Source of the DNA: Candidatus Rokuibacteriota bacterium
GTDB taxonomy: Bacteria > Methylomirabilota > Methylomirabilia > Rokubacteriales > DASRDR01
Length of the DNA: 56,401 bases
Reading direction: 5' to 3'
Assembly (NCBI GenBank): GCA_044866005.1
Contig: JBIOTN010000060.1
Coordinates: 1 to 56,401, forward strand
Shown: positions 24,438-34,160 of the stretch, in pieces
Position numbering within the stretch: the first letter of the stretch is position 1
Layout of the letters: the number at the start of each line of letters is the position of its first letter
Notes under the pieces: model-generated
What the model was told of the DNA's origin: nothing
Database searches by the model: none
What the model saw: only the letters and a program-made list of their open reading frames with translations
Program-made: the position numbers and the translations under genes

Positions 24438-27376
24438 CGGGCGACTCCGCTCACCGCGGGCGCCATGGACGGGCCGGTCAGCTCGTCGAGGAGGCGGACG
24501 AAGGCCTGCTCGTCCACCGGCTTCGTCACGTAGTGCTCGACGCCGAGCCGGCGCGCCAGACCGAGGTGCTTCTCGCCGGCGCGGGTGGTCAGGACGATGA
24601 CCGGCAGGCCGCGGGTCGCCGGCCGGCGCCGCAAGTCCTCGATCAGCTCGTAGCCGTTGACGCGGGGCATCTCGAGGTCCGTGATCACCGCATTGACCGG
24701 AACCTCGGTGAGCTGCTGGAGCGCCTCGGCGCCGTCGTTCGCCGTGATCACGCGGAAGCCGGCCTTTTCCAGCATGTGCCCCACGAACTTTCGGACGCTG
24801 ATCGAGTCGTCCACCAGGAGGACGACGCGGCGCGCCCGCTCGGCCGGCGGTGCCGCCGCGACCGGGGGCCCCGACGCAGGGAGAGCGCGCGGTCCCGCCT
24901 CGGCCGCCCGCGCGGGGCCCTCGCCACTCTCCACGAGCCGGACCGGGTCGAGCAGCAGGATCACCCGTCCTTCGCCCGAGATGGTCGCGCCGGCGAACGG
25001 TCCGACGCCCTCGAGGAAGCCTCCGAGGCTCTTGATGACGATCTCGTCCTTGCCGAGGAGCTCGTCCACCGCCACGGCCACCGTCTTGCCGCCGGCGCGC
25101 AGGACGACGACGGGGACCTGCTCGCGCGACTCGGCGGGCGGCAGCTCGAGCGCCCGGGTGAGCCGCAGCAGGTCCACGAGCTCGTCGTCCACGCGGATCA
25201 TCTCGGTGCGGCCGACCGCCTGGATCCGGTCCTGGGCCAGCGTCAGGATCACCTTGACGGCGTTCAGGGGGATGGCGAGCGTCTCGGCGCCGGCGCGCAC
25301 GAGGAGGGCGTCCGAGATCACCACGGTCAGCGGGAGCTTCAGGGTGAACCGCGTGCCCACGCCGACTTCCGTCTCGATGTCGATCTCGCCGTTCAGGCGG
25401 CTCACGTTGGTGCGGACGACGTCCATCCCGACGCCCCGACCGGCGGCGGTCGTGACGAGCGGGGCTGTGCTGAATCCGGGCAGGAAGACGAGGTTCAGGG
25501 CCTCCCGCTCGGAGAGCAGCGCGGCCGCGTCGGCGCGCAGGAAGCCCTGGCGCACGGCCTCCGCCTTCAACCGCTCGACGTCGATGCCCCGGCCGTCGTC
25601 CTCCACCTCGACGTAGATCAAGCCGCCCTGGTGGTAGGCGGTCAGGTACACGGTGCCGTGCGGGGGCTTGCCCCGGGCGCGGCGGTCCGCCTCGGGCTCG
25701 ATGCCGTGGGTGAGCGCGTTCTGGACGAGGTGCAGGAGCGGGTCCGCGATCTGCTCGATGACGGTGTTGTCCACCTCGACCGACTCCCCGGCGAGCTCGA
25801 GCGCCACGGTCTTCCCGGCGGCCTTCGCCCCCTCGCGCACCTGCCGGGCGAAGCGGGCGAAGAGCTTGCCCACCGGCACCATCCGTGCCCGGGTCACCTC
25901 GTTGCGGAGGCTTCCGGTCAGGCGCTGGATCTGCGCGCTGTCGTCCCAGACGGTGCGGATCAGGCCGGCCAGCTGGGTCTGGACCTCCGACAGGTCGGCC
26001 GAGATCTCCGTCACGCTGCGAGCCAGGATGTCGAAGTCGTCGTAGCGATCGAATTCGAGCTCGGCGAAGAGCTCGGCCAGCGACGCGCCGGCCCCCCCGC
26101 TCTCGACGGCGGGCGCGTTCAGGCGGGCGATCTTGCCGTCCGAGTGCCGGCCCTCGAACTCCTTGACGGCCCGGGCCATGCGGGTGCGGCTCACGAGCAT
26201 GAGCTCGCCGACGCGGCCCAGCTCCCGGAGGTGCCGGTCCAGACGGCTCCGGGCGATGACGAGCTCGCCGACCAGGTTCATGAGGGCATCGAGCCGGCCC
26301 AGGTTGACCCGGATCCCCGGGCCCGCCGGCGCCGGCGTGCGCTCGCGGGTGGCGCGGCGACCCGCCGGGAGTCGGGGGGCGGCGGGCCCGTCGACGAGCT
26401 GCGGTGGCGGCGGGCCCGCGCCGTTCCCGTCCGTGTCGGCGCCGGCGGCCGCCAGCGCCATCCCGGCGGGCTCGGCCGGCATGAGACGCGCGAGCGCGCT
26501 GACCGCGCGCTCCACCGCCCCGCCAAGCTCACTCGGCGGCGTCGCGCCCTCTCCGAGCAAGAGCCGCAGGGCATCCACCCCGGCGAAGACCGCCTCCACG
26601 AGGGCGGGCGTCATCGCCACCCGGTCTTCCCGCACCGCCATCAGGAGGTCTTCGATCCGGTGCCCGAGGTCACCGACCGCCATGCAGCCGACGGTGTACG
26701 CGGCGCCCTTCAGCGTGTGCACGGCCCGGAAGAGCGTGGCGAGCTCTGCGTCGCTCGCACCCTGCTGCTCCAGGGCGAGGAGGCACCTCGTCATGGTCTC
26801 CAGATGCTCGGCGGCCTCCGGACGGAAGTAGGCGAGGATCTCGGAGTTTTCGGCGAAGAAGCGGTCGAGCTCCTCGACCAGGCGGCTCGGCCCCTCGCGC
26901 GCCGGCCCGGCGGCCGGCGGCGCCCCAGGGGCGGCCGACGTGGGCGCGGCTCCCGCCGGGTGCGGCGCGCTGGAGGCCGGCCCGGGCGTGAACATCGCCG
27001 GGTGCCGGCGCATGAACGCCGCGATCTCGGCCACGCTCTCCTGCCCGGTGACGGCGATCCCGTCGAAGATCTTCTTCAGGAGCGACACGACGTCGCGGAG
27101 GAACTCGGCCGCGCCGCCCCGGTCCCGGGCGGACGCGCCGGGCAGGCCCTCGAGGAGCTGCTCGGTCGCGGAGGCCAGCTCGGAGAGCCGCGGGAAGCCG
27201 TGGAGCGCGGCCGCCCCCCTGAGGCGGTGCGTGACCACGAGGAGCGGCTCGAGCGCCGCCGGGGAGGCTGTCCCCGGCGACAGTCGGCCCAGCCCGTCCT
27301 CCAGGACGGCGAGGGTGTCCCACGCCTCCATGAGGAAGATGCCGAGGAGCGCCTCGCGATCCGGCTCACCCGGCAT
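24434..27376 (-). CDS. cheA: Hybrid CheA/ChpA-like histidine kinase (2 Hpt, HATPase, CheW, REC)
   Basis: Hpt motifs THRLRGAA and VHTLKGAA; ELEFDRYDD segment typical of ChpA-type kinases; HLVQNALTHG, EDDGRG, PGFST and GRGVGMD; C-terminal ITDLEMP. Start MPGEPDRE at 27376. Confidence 0.95.
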   Translation of the reverse strand: MPGEPDREALLGIFLMEAWDTLAVLEDGLGRLSPGTASPAALEPLLVVTHRLRGAAALHGFPRLSELASATEQLLEGLPGASARDRGGAAEFLRDVVSLLKKIFDGIAVTGQESVAEIAAFMRRHPAMFTPGPASSAPHPAGAAPTSAAPGAPPAAGPAREGPSRLVEELDRFFAENSEILAYFRPEAAEHLETMTRCLLALEQQGASDAELATLFRAVHTLKGAAYTVGCMAVGDLGHRIEDLLMAVREDRVAMTPALVEAVFAGVDALRLLLGEGATPPSELGGAVERAVSALARLMPAEPAGMALAAAGADTDGNGAGPPPPQLVDGPAAPRLPAGRRATRERTPAPAGPGIRVNLGRLDALMNLVGELVIARSRLDRHLRELGRVGELMLVSRTRMARAVKEFEGRHSDGKIARLNAPAVESGGAGASLAELFAELEFDRYDDFDILARSVTEISADLSEVQTQLAGLIRTVWDDSAQIQRLTGSLRNEVTRARMVPVGKLFARFARQVREGAKAAGKTVALELAGESVEVDNTVIEQIADPLLHLVQNALTHGIEPEADRRARGKPPHGTVYLTAYHQGGLIYVEVEDDGRGIDVERLKAEAVRQGFLRADAAALLSEREALNLVFLPGFSTAPLVTTAAGRGVGMDVVRTNVSRLNGEIDIETEVGVGTRFTLKLPLTVVISDALLVRAGAETLAIPLNAVKVILTLAQDRIQAVGRTEMIRVDDELVDLLRLTRALELPPAESREQVPVVVLRAGGKTVAVAVDELLGKDEIVIKSLGGFLEGVGPFAGATISGEGRVILLLDPVRLVESGEGPARAAEAGPRALPASGPPVAAAPPAERARRVVLLVDDSISVRKFVGHMLEKAGFRVITANDGAEALQQLTEVPVNAVITDLEMPRVNGYELIEDLRRRPATRGLPVIVLTTRAGEKHLGLARRLGVEHYVTKPVDEQAFVRLLDELTGPSMAPAVSGVAR

Positions 27377-28295
27377 CGCGTACGCTCTCCGCCAGGACGG
27401 CGGGCAGGCCCGCCGGCTGGCGCGTCGGCGCCGCCGGCGCGCCGAGGTCGGGCCGAGCCGCGCCCTCGCGCGCCCCGAGCCGCTCGGCGTTCCGGCGGTA
27501 GACGAAGCCCCCCGCTTCCCGCGCCTCGAAGCGCGCCGCCGGCGGCGTGACCCCTTCCGCGTGCCCGAGGAAGAGGTAGCCGCCCGGAGCCAGCGAGTCC
27601 GCGAGCCGGGTGAGGATCTCCTCCCTGGTCTCGGGCGTGAAGTAGAGGAGCACGTTACAGGCAAAGATCACGTCGAACTTGCCGAGGTAGAAGCCGCGCC
27701 GGATGTCGTGCTGACGGAAGCGGATCATCTCCCGCAGGCTCGGCACGACCGCGAACCCCTCGGGACCGGGAACGAAGTACTTGGCGAGGTGCTCCGGCGG
27801 GACGTCGCCCAGGCGGGCGGGGGGATACGTGCCCCGCACCGCGGCCACCAGCGCGCGCCGGCTCACGTCGAGGGCCACGATCTCGACGGTGGAGGCGGCA
27901 ACCCGCGGCACCGCCTCGCGGACGGTCATCGCGATCGAGTAGGCCTCCTCGCCCGTGGCGCAGCCCACGCTCACGATCCGGACGCGCGGGCCGCCGATCC
28001 GACAGAGCGGGCGAAGCACGTCGGCGAGGATGCGATGGTGATCGGGGTACCGGAAGAAGCCCGTCTCGTGGATCTGGAGCGCATCCTCGAACTCGCAGTA
28101 GAGGTTGCCGCGCTTCGCCGCGGAGGCCTCGAGCTCCTGGAGCCAGCGGCGCACGCTGGCGAAGCCGCTCTTGGTGATGAGCTCGGTCGCCCGCGCGCCC
28201 AAAAAGACCCAACGGGGCCGCGGGAACGCCATGCCGGACCGCTCGCCGAGTAGCGCGGCCAGCCGCTCGAGATCGGGCGGGGTCAGCTGGTGCAC
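27366..28295 (-). CDS. cheR: Chemotaxis methyltransferase CheR
   Basis: HETGFFR, SVGCATGEEAYS, FDVIFACNVLLYF and GGYLFLGHAE motifs. Confidence 0.93.
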   Translation of the reverse strand: MHQLTPPDLERLAALLGERSGMAFPRPRWVFLGARATELITKSGFASVRRWLQELEASAAKRGNLYCEFEDALQIHETGFFRYPDHHRILADVLRPLCRIGGPRVRIVSVGCATGEEAYSIAMTVREAVPRVAASTVEIVALDVSRRALVAAVRGTYPPARLGDVPPEHLAKYFVPGPEGFAVVPSLREMIRFRQHDIRRGFYLGKFDVIFACNVLLYFTPETREEILTRLADSLAPGGYLFLGHAEGVTPPAARFEAREAGGFVYRRNAERLGAREGAARPDLGAPAAPTRQPAGLPAVLAESVRDAG

Positions 28296-28308
28296 GGCGC
28301 GACCCGCC

Positions 28309-30240
28309 TCACGCGGCGAGCCTGAAGCGCGAGAGGCTGGCGGTGAGCTCCTCCGCCAGCCGGACGAGATCGTCGACCGTCTTCCGCGTCTGGAGGACGC
28401 CTTGCTCCGTCTGGACGGCGACGGTGGCGATGGACTGCACCGCCATCACGACCCCCTCGGCGCCGCGCACCTGCTGCTGGGTCGCGAGGGAGATGTCGTT
28501 CGCCAGCTCGGCCGATTTCTGGGAGACCTGCGCGATGTCCTTGAGGCTCTCGCCCGCCTGGATGGTCACCCGATAACCTTCCTCCACCTGGTTGGTCCCC
28601 TGTTCCATGACCACGATCGCCTCGTGGGTCTCGCTCTGGACGCTCTTGATGAGCGCCGCGATGTCCTTCGTCGCCTTGGCGGAGCGCTCGGCCAGCTTGC
28701 GCACTTCGTCGGCCACCACCGCGAAGCGGAGGCCCGCCTCGCCGGCCCCCGCGGCCTCGATGGCGGCGTTGAGGGCGAGCAGGTTGGTCTGAGACGCGAT
28801 GTCTTCGATGGTGTTGACGATCTCCGAGATCTCCAGGGACCGGTCGCCCAGGCTCTTGATCTTCTTGGAGATGGTCTGCACCTCGCCGCGGATCTTCTGC
28901 ATCCCGTCGAGGCTCAGGCGCACCGCCTGGTCGCCCTTGCGGGCCGCGTCGAGTGCCTGCTTGGCGGCGAGGGCGGACGCCTCCGCGCTCTCGGCGACCT
29001 GCCGGACGGACAGCGTCAGCTCTTCCACCGCGCTGGCCACGCTCATGGCTTCCCGGGACTGGGCCTGCGCGCCCGTCGCCATCTGGCCCGCGGAGACGAT
29101 GACCTCGTTCGAGCTGGAGGCGACGCGCAGGGCCACCTGCCGGACGCCGGCGATGATGCCCCCGATCTCCTCGACCATGACGTTGATGGCGTCCACGACG
29201 CTGCCCAGCACGTCCGAGGTCACTTCGCCGCGCTTGGTGAGGTCGCCCTGGGCGACCTCGGTCACGGTGTTGAGGAACAGCGTGATGTGCCGCTGCAGCT
29301 CCTCGCGCTTCCGCCGCTCGTCGTCGCGCTCGGCCTCCGTCTGGACCTGGGAGCGGAGCCGCACGATGGCCTGGTTGAACGTCTCGGCGAGCTGGCCGAT
29401 CTCGTCGCCCGACCGGACGCTGACCAGGCGGCTGAGGTCGCCCTGGCCGACGCGCTGCGCGACGCCCACCAGGTGCGCCACGGGCCGGGTGATGCGGCGG
29501 GCGAAGAAGACCGCGGCCAGAATGGCAGCGGCCGCGATGCCCGCGAAGACGAGGAGAAGGTAGGTCGCGGCCTTCGTGGCCGCGGCGCTGATGATTGCCC
29601 TGTTCATGCCGACCCGCACCGTCCCGAGCTGCCCGCCGAGCATCGGCACGCCGATGTCGATGATTTCGCGCCGGGCGCTGGTGACCGGGTCCGGATACTC
29701 GATGTCCCGGACCTGTGGCTTGCGGGTGTCGCCGGGAACGAGGTTCTTGTCGATGATGCCGCTCGGCACGAGCGGGACGAAGGTGTGCGCGATCAGGGTC
29801 TTGTGGGGGTCGTAGACCATGACGTAGGCGACGCCGCTGATCTCGGCGAACTGGTCCACCAGCGCCTGGACCGTCGAGGCGTCGCGGGTGAGGATCAGGT
29901 CCACGCCGGAGTTCGCGAGGCTGTTGGCGATCGCCGAGCCCTTCGAGGTGAATTCGTCCGTCATGTTCTCGCGGAGGGCCTTGACGGAGAGGTATCCGGT
30001 CGTGGCGGCGAGCGGGATCAGGACCGCCGCCAGGAACATGATGATCTTCGCCAGCAGCCCGACTTGGAGCCATCTCCCGGCCGGGGCCCCGCCCGCCTCG
30101 CCGAGGCGACCGGTCGGGGTGCTCGTGGGCGTGATCGCCGGGCCCTCCGCCTGGCGCTCCCGCCAGATGGCCGGGCGATCCACGGGGACGGGCGCGGGGC
30201 GTGAGGAGCGGCGGCTCGCGGTGTCGGCAGCGGTGGTCAT
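28309..30240 (-). CDS. Methyl-accepting chemotaxis protein, PilJ-like
   Basis: Two TM segments flanking a small periplasmic domain; HAMP ([11 protein letters not shown]); [17 protein letters not shown]...[15 protein letters not shown] signalling tip. Confidence 0.95.
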   Translation of the reverse strand: MTTAADTASRRSSRPAPVPVDRPAIWRERQAEGPAITPTSTPTGRLGEAGGAPAGRWLQVGLLAKIIMFLAAVLIPLAATTGYLSVKALRENMTDEFTSKGSAIANSLANSGVDLILTRDASTVQALVDQFAEISGVAYVMVYDPHKTLIAHTFVPLVPSGIIDKNLVPGDTRKPQVRDIEYPDPVTSARREIIDIGVPMLGGQLGTVRVGMNRAIISAAATKAATYLLLVFAGIAAAAILAAVFFARRITRPVAHLVGVAQRVGQGDLSRLVSVRSGDEIGQLAETFNQAIVRLRSQVQTEAERDDERRKREELQRHITLFLNTVTEVAQGDLTKRGEVTSDVLGSVVDAINVMVEEIGGIIAGVRQVALRVASSSNEVIVSAGQMATGAQAQSREAMSVASAVEELTLSVRQVAESAEASALAAKQALDAARKGDQAVRLSLDGMQKIRGEVQTISKKIKSLGDRSLEISEIVNTIEDIASQTNLLALNAAIEAAGAGEAGLRFAVVADEVRKLAERSAKATKDIAALIKSVQSETHEAIVVMEQGTNQVEEGYRVTIQAGESLKDIAQVSQKSAELANDISLATQQQVRGAEGVVMAVQSIATVAVQTEQGVLQTRKTVDDLVRLAEELTASLSRFRLAA

Positions 30241-30242
30241 GG

Positions 30243-31562
30243 CTATACCCTGAGCGCGGCGTTCCAGTCGGCGACGGGGACCCAGCGGTCGTTCTGGACG
30301 CGCGTGAAGTAGACGTTGTCGAGCCCCTGATGCCGCTCCGGACCGAAGCTGAGCGGCGCGCCGATGCCGAGATCGAGATTCCGGATCGACTCGAAGGCCT
30401 GGCGGAGACCCGACCGGGTCGGGTTGACGCCGGCCCGGCGCAGACCCTCGACGATCACCTTGGCGTTGATGAACCCCTCGAGGCTGATGAAGCTCTGGCG
30501 CTGCGTCGTGTACTTCGGGTCACGCAAGACCTCGGGGACCGCCGGGCTGTACTTGTCCATGAGCGCCCGGTACTCGGCGACCCCCGGCAGACTGAGATCG
30601 TCGTAGCTCGGCACCACCTGCGAGTTGATCAGCGCGCGCGTGTAGTCGCGCCCCGTGGTCTGCCCGTGCCTGACGAGCAGCGCGAGCATGGCGTCCGAGC
30701 CGACGAAGGAGACGTTCGAGATCGGCGCGGTCCAGCCGAGGTCGCGCGCCGACTTGACGAAGGCGCCGCAGCCCTGGTACGCCCCGGTGCAGAGGACCAC
30801 GTCGACCCCGGCCTCGCGCAAGGCCTTCGCGGCCGGGCTCATGTCCTCCTCGAACTTGGCCCCCCGCTGATAGGTGGCCTCTGCGGCGATCTTCGCCCCG
30901 TGGAGGGCGAGCCCGCGGGCCACGCCGTCGGTGCCACTGCGCCCGTAGGCGTCGATCTGGTAGTAGACGCCGAAGCGCCGCGCGCCCTGCTGCCAGAAGC
31001 GCTCGACGAGCGCCATCATCTCCTGCCGATACGAGGCCCGGACGTTGAAGACGTGCTCGACGTAGGGCGGCTCGCGCTGCGGCTGCGCCCCGGTGAAGTT
31101 GCCCACGAGGATCACGTCGCCGTAGCGCTTGATGACGGGGAGGGCGCGGGTCAGCGTCGGCGTCCCGACGTAGTTCGCGAGGAAGAAGACGCCCTCCTTC
31201 TCGACGAGCTGGATGGTGTTCTTGATGCACGGGAGCGGATTGTAGTCGTCGTCCAGGCCCAGCACGGTGATGGCTCGGCCGTGGACGCCGCCCTTGGCGT
31301 TGATCTCGCTGTAGTAGGCGTGGGCGCCGCGGTACAGCTCGGTCCCCAGTCCGGCGGAGGCCCCCTTGAAGGCGGCACTCATCCCGACCTTGACCTCGGC
31401 CGGCGTGACGCCGGGGGCGCTGGCCAGCGGCGCGTCGCCCGCCGCCCTGCCCGCCACCGTCCCCGCCGGCGCCGCGCCCTGCGCCCACGCGCGTTCCCGC
31501 CCCGCCAGCGCGCCGCCCGCCAGCCCGCCGGACAGTAGACGAAGGAATCGTCGCCGTTCCAT
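30243..31562 (-). CDS. Tat-exported type I periplasmic solute-binding protein (branched-chain amino-acid-binding family)
   Basis: MERRRFL twin-arginine signal; [33 protein letters not shown] and [10 protein letters not shown] motifs. Alternative GTG start at 31568. Confidence 0.9.
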   Translation of the reverse strand: MERRRFLRLLSGGLAGGALAGRERAWAQGAAPAGTVAGRAAGDAPLASAPGVTPAEVKVGMSAAFKGASAGLGTELYRGAHAYYSEINAKGGVHGRAITVLGLDDDYNPLPCIKNTIQLVEKEGVFFLANYVGTPTLTRALPVIKRYGDVILVGNFTGAQPQREPPYVEHVFNVRASYRQEMMALVERFWQQGARRFGVYYQIDAYGRSGTDGVARGLALHGAKIAAEATYQRGAKFEEDMSPAAKALREAGVDVVLCTGAYQGCGAFVKSARDLGWTAPISNVSFVGSDAMLALLVRHGQTTGRDYTRALINSQVVPSYDDLSLPGVAEYRALMDKYSPAVPEVLRDPKYTTQRQSFISLEGFINAKVIVEGLRRAGVNPTRSGLRQAFESIRNLDLGIGAPLSFGPERHQGLDNVYFTRVQNDRWVPVADWNAALRV

Positions 31563-31564
31563 GC

Positions 31565-32035
31565 TCACCCCCCCTTGCCTCCGGTCTTGAGGGCCTCGAG
31601 CAGTTTCGGGGCGTCGAGGAGCGTGATCAGCTCCTCCCCGCGCCGCAGGAGCCCCACGCCGAACTCGCCGTACTGCGCCCGCGTCGTGTCCCCGAACGGG
31701 ATGATCTCGTCGAACGTCGTGAGCCCCAGCACCGCGTCGATCACGATCGCCACCTGGACGAGCCCGACCTCGATCACGAGCGCGCGGGTCTGCCGCGCGA
31801 TCCGCCGCGGCGGAAGCCCGAGGAGCCGCCGGACGTCGAGCACCGGCAGGACGTACCCCCGCAGGTTCGCCACGCCGACCAGATAAGCCGGCGCCCGGGG
31901 CACGACGGTGAGCTCCCCGACGGTGACGAGCTCCCGGGCGACCATCACCTCGATGGCGAAGCGCTCGCCCTCCAGCAGGAACAGGCAGGCGCGGACGCCC
32001 GGGGTCGTCTCGACGGCCGGGTCGGTCGCGGTCAC
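31565..32035 (-). CDS. cheW: CheW-like coupling protein (PilI-like position)
   Basis: LTVVPRAPAYLVGVANLRGYVLPVLDV. Confidence 0.9.
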   Translation of the reverse strand: MTATDPAVETTPGVRACLFLLEGERFAIEVMVARELVTVGELTVVPRAPAYLVGVANLRGYVLPVLDVRRLLGLPPRRIARQTRALVIEVGLVQVAIVIDAVLGLTTFDEIIPFGDTTRAQYGEFGVGLLRRGEELITLLDAPKLLEALKTGGKGG

Positions 32036-32042
32036 CGTGGCC

Positions 32043-32405
32043 TCACCCCGCGAAACGGCGCACCACCGACACGAGCTGCTCGGGGGTGAAGGGCTTCGTC
32101 ACGTACTCGTCGGCGCCCTGCCGCTTGCCCCAGATGCGGTCGCTCTCCTGCGTCTTCGAGGTCACGAGCACGACCGGCGTGCGCTTGGTCCGCTCGTCCT
32201 TCTTGACCGCGCGGAGGACGTCGTATCCGTTCCGGTTGGGCATCAGGATGTCGAGGAGGAGGACGTCGGGCCGCTCCGCCGCGACCTTCTCCTCCACTCG
32301 CTCGCCGCTCAGGTAGGCCACGACCTGGTGGCCGGCGGCCTGGAGGATCGACTCCATCATCTTGAGCTCGGACTGGGCGTCGTCTACGACCATCACCTTG
32401 GCCAT
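32043..32405 (-). CDS. Single-domain response regulator (PilH/CheY-like)
   Basis: VVDD, LLDILMP, LVTSKTQESDRIWGKRQGADEYVTKPF (PilH-like C-terminus); AAGGAGG SD. Confidence 0.9.
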   Translation of the reverse strand: MAKVMVVDDAQSELKMMESILQAAGHQVVAYLSGERVEEKVAAERPDVLLLDILMPNRNGYDVLRAVKKDERTKRTPVVLVTSKTQESDRIWGKRQGADEYVTKPFTPEQLVSVVRRFAG

Positions 32406-32466
32406 CGGACCGTCGAGCCTCCTTAGCTTCGTGGTGGGGAACCGGGCGTCGGGGCCGGGAGGACGC

Positions 32467-32482
32467 TGCACCTGGAATGCCA
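32467..32482 (-). promoter_or_regulatory. Candidate sigma-54 promoter of the chemosensory operon
   Basis: Minus strand TGGCAT-TCCAG-GTGCA (GG-N10-GC), about 60 nt upstream of the ATG at 32405. Confidence 0.7.
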
Positions 32483-32555
32483 GGGAGGCTCAGATGGGAA
32501 CCGGCTGGAATGCCGCGCGGTTCGACCCCGTGGCGCGCCCGCCGCGCGACCGCCT

Positions 32556-32593
32556 GTGCCGCCCTGGCACTCGCCTTCGTGCCACGCTGACAC
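32556..32593. promoter_or_regulatory. Two tandem palindromic candidate enhancer (UAS) sites
   Basis: GTGCCG-CCC-TGGCAC (32556-32570) and GTGCCA-CGC-TGACAC (32579-32593), 23 bp apart and upstream of the sigma-54 motif. Confidence 0.55.
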
Positions 32594-32611
32594 GGGCTCA
32601 GGGATCTCCGC

Positions 32612-32759
32612 GCGCGGGCTTCGCCCGCGCCACCCGAAGGGGAGGCATCGGAGAGGAAGGCCGCCGCCACCCCCCCGCCGAGGATCCTTCCGGGCGGCGG
32701 CTCCGCCGCCGCCACCCGAGGGGAGGGAATCGGGGGGGGTTCCGAACCCCCCCCCGAAG
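32612..32759 (+). repeat. Two tandem copies of a two-hairpin REP-like element
   Basis: Unit 1: GCGCGGGC-TTC-GCCCGCGC CACCCGAAGGGGAGGCATCGG...CCGAGG. Unit 2: GGCGGCGGC-TCC-GCCGCCGCC ACCCGAGGGGAGGGAATC G8TT-CCG-AAC9 GAAG. Confidence 0.7.
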
Positions 32760-32761
32760 AA

Positions 32762-34105
32762 TCAGAGCAGGCCGTACTCCTTGAGGCGCCGGTAGAGGGT
32801 GCGGCGGGAGAGTCCGAGCGCCTTCGCGGCGCCCTCCTTGTCGTTCTTGTGGATCGCGAGCGCGCGGAGGATCAGCTCGCGCTCGGCCTGCGCGAGCGTG
32901 GGCAGCGCCGTGGCGCCGCCGGCCGAGGGGGCCGCCGACAGGGCCGGCAGGTCGGCGAGCGCGATCTCGCCGCGGGCGCCGAGCGCGTAGGCGCGCTCGA
33001 GGAAGTTCTCCAGCTCGCGCACGTTCCCGGGGAACTCGTACGCCATGAGCGCCGCCATGGCGTCGGGCGCGACCCTCCGGACGTCCCGGCCGAAGCGCTG
33101 GTTGAGTTGCCGGAGGAAGTAGGCGACGAGGGCCGGGATGTCGGCCTTTCGCTCGCGGAGCGGCGGCATCACGATCCGCACGACGTTGAGGCGGTAGAAG
33201 AGATCCTGGCGGAGGGTGCCGTCCTTGATCGCCTCCTCGAGCGGCCGGTTCGTGGCGGCGATGATCCGGACGTCCACGGCATGGCTCTTCGACGACCCCA
33301 CCGGGCGGATCTCCTTCTCCTCCAGGACGCGGAGCAGCTTCACCTGGAGCGGCGGGGGGAGCTCGGCGATCTCGTCGAGGAAGATGGTCCCTTCGTTCGC
33401 CGACCGGAAGAGCCCGAGGTGGTCGGCCACGGCGCCCGAGAAGGCGCCGCGCACGTGGCCGAAGAACTCCGACTCCAGCAGGTCGGGCGGCACCGCGCCG
33501 CAGTTCACGGGCAGGAACGGCCCGCTGCTGCGCGCGGAGAGGCGGTGGATGGAGGCCGCGACGAGGTCCTTGCCGGTGCCGCTCTCGCCCTCGATCAGCA
33601 CCGGGGAGTCGGTCACCGCCATCTTGGCGACGAGGTCCTTCACCCGCGCCATCTCTGGCGAGCTGCCGATCAGCTCCTTGAGCGGCAGTTGCTCGCCGAG
33701 CCGGCTCCGGAGAGACCGGACTTCGCGCCGCAGGAGCCGACGCTCCGTGAGGCGCGACATCAGGTGACTGAGCTCCTCGAGCCGCACCGGCTTCGCCAGG
33801 TAGTCGTAGGCGCCGAGCTTCAGCGCTTCCACCGCGGTGCTGACCGCCGGGTACCCCGTGACCATCACGACCTCGACGGACGAGTCGAGGCGCTTGATCT
33901 CGCGGAGGATCCCCAGGCCGTCCATCTCCGGCATCCGCACGTCGCAGAGCACGGTGTCGTAGAGCTGACCCCGGACCAGCTCGATGGCCTGGGTACCCGT
34001 GCTCGCCGACGTGACGTCGTAGCCGAGGAGCGTCAGCGCGTCCTCGAAGAGAGCGCGCATGCGTTCGTCGTCCTCGACGATCAGCACCTTCGAGGGTTCG
34101 CCCAC
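32762..34105 (-). CDS. Sigma-54-dependent response regulator (NtrC/AtoC family)
   Basis: REC (LCDVRMP), GESGTGKD, FGHVRGAFSGA, FLDEI, RQDLFYRL and FPGNVRELEN motifs; Fis-type HTH. Confidence 0.95.
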   Translation of the reverse strand: MGEPSKVLIVEDDERMRALFEDALTLLGYDVTSASTGTQAIELVRGQLYDTVLCDVRMPEMDGLGILREIKRLDSSVEVVMVTGYPAVSTAVEALKLGAYDYLAKPVRLEELSHLMSRLTERRLLRREVRSLRSRLGEQLPLKELIGSSPEMARVKDLVAKMAVTDSPVLIEGESGTGKDLVAASIHRLSARSSGPFLPVNCGAVPPDLLESEFFGHVRGAFSGAVADHLGLFRSANEGTIFLDEIAELPPPLQVKLLRVLEEKEIRPVGSSKSHAVDVRIIAATNRPLEEAIKDGTLRQDLFYRLNVVRIVMPPLRERKADIPALVAYFLRQLNQRFGRDVRRVAPDAMAALMAYEFPGNVRELENFLERAYALGARGEIALADLPALSAAPSAGGATALPTLAQAERELILRALAIHKNDKEGAAKALGLSRRTLYRRLKEYGLL

Positions 34106-34160
34106 GCGTGTCGCCGTCTACGGCCGGCCGACCGGCCGCGCGTGTCGCCCGCCGGGCATC

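Noticed and set aside
32565..32584. TGGCAC hexamers on both strands as sigma-54 -24 boxes
   Set aside because: Neither has GC ten bases after the GG; they fit better as halves of palindromic binding sites.
32730..32757. G/C hairpin after the NtrC-family gene as an intrinsic terminator
   Set aside because: No U-tract follows on the coding strand, and it belongs to the larger repeat element; a termination role is not excluded.
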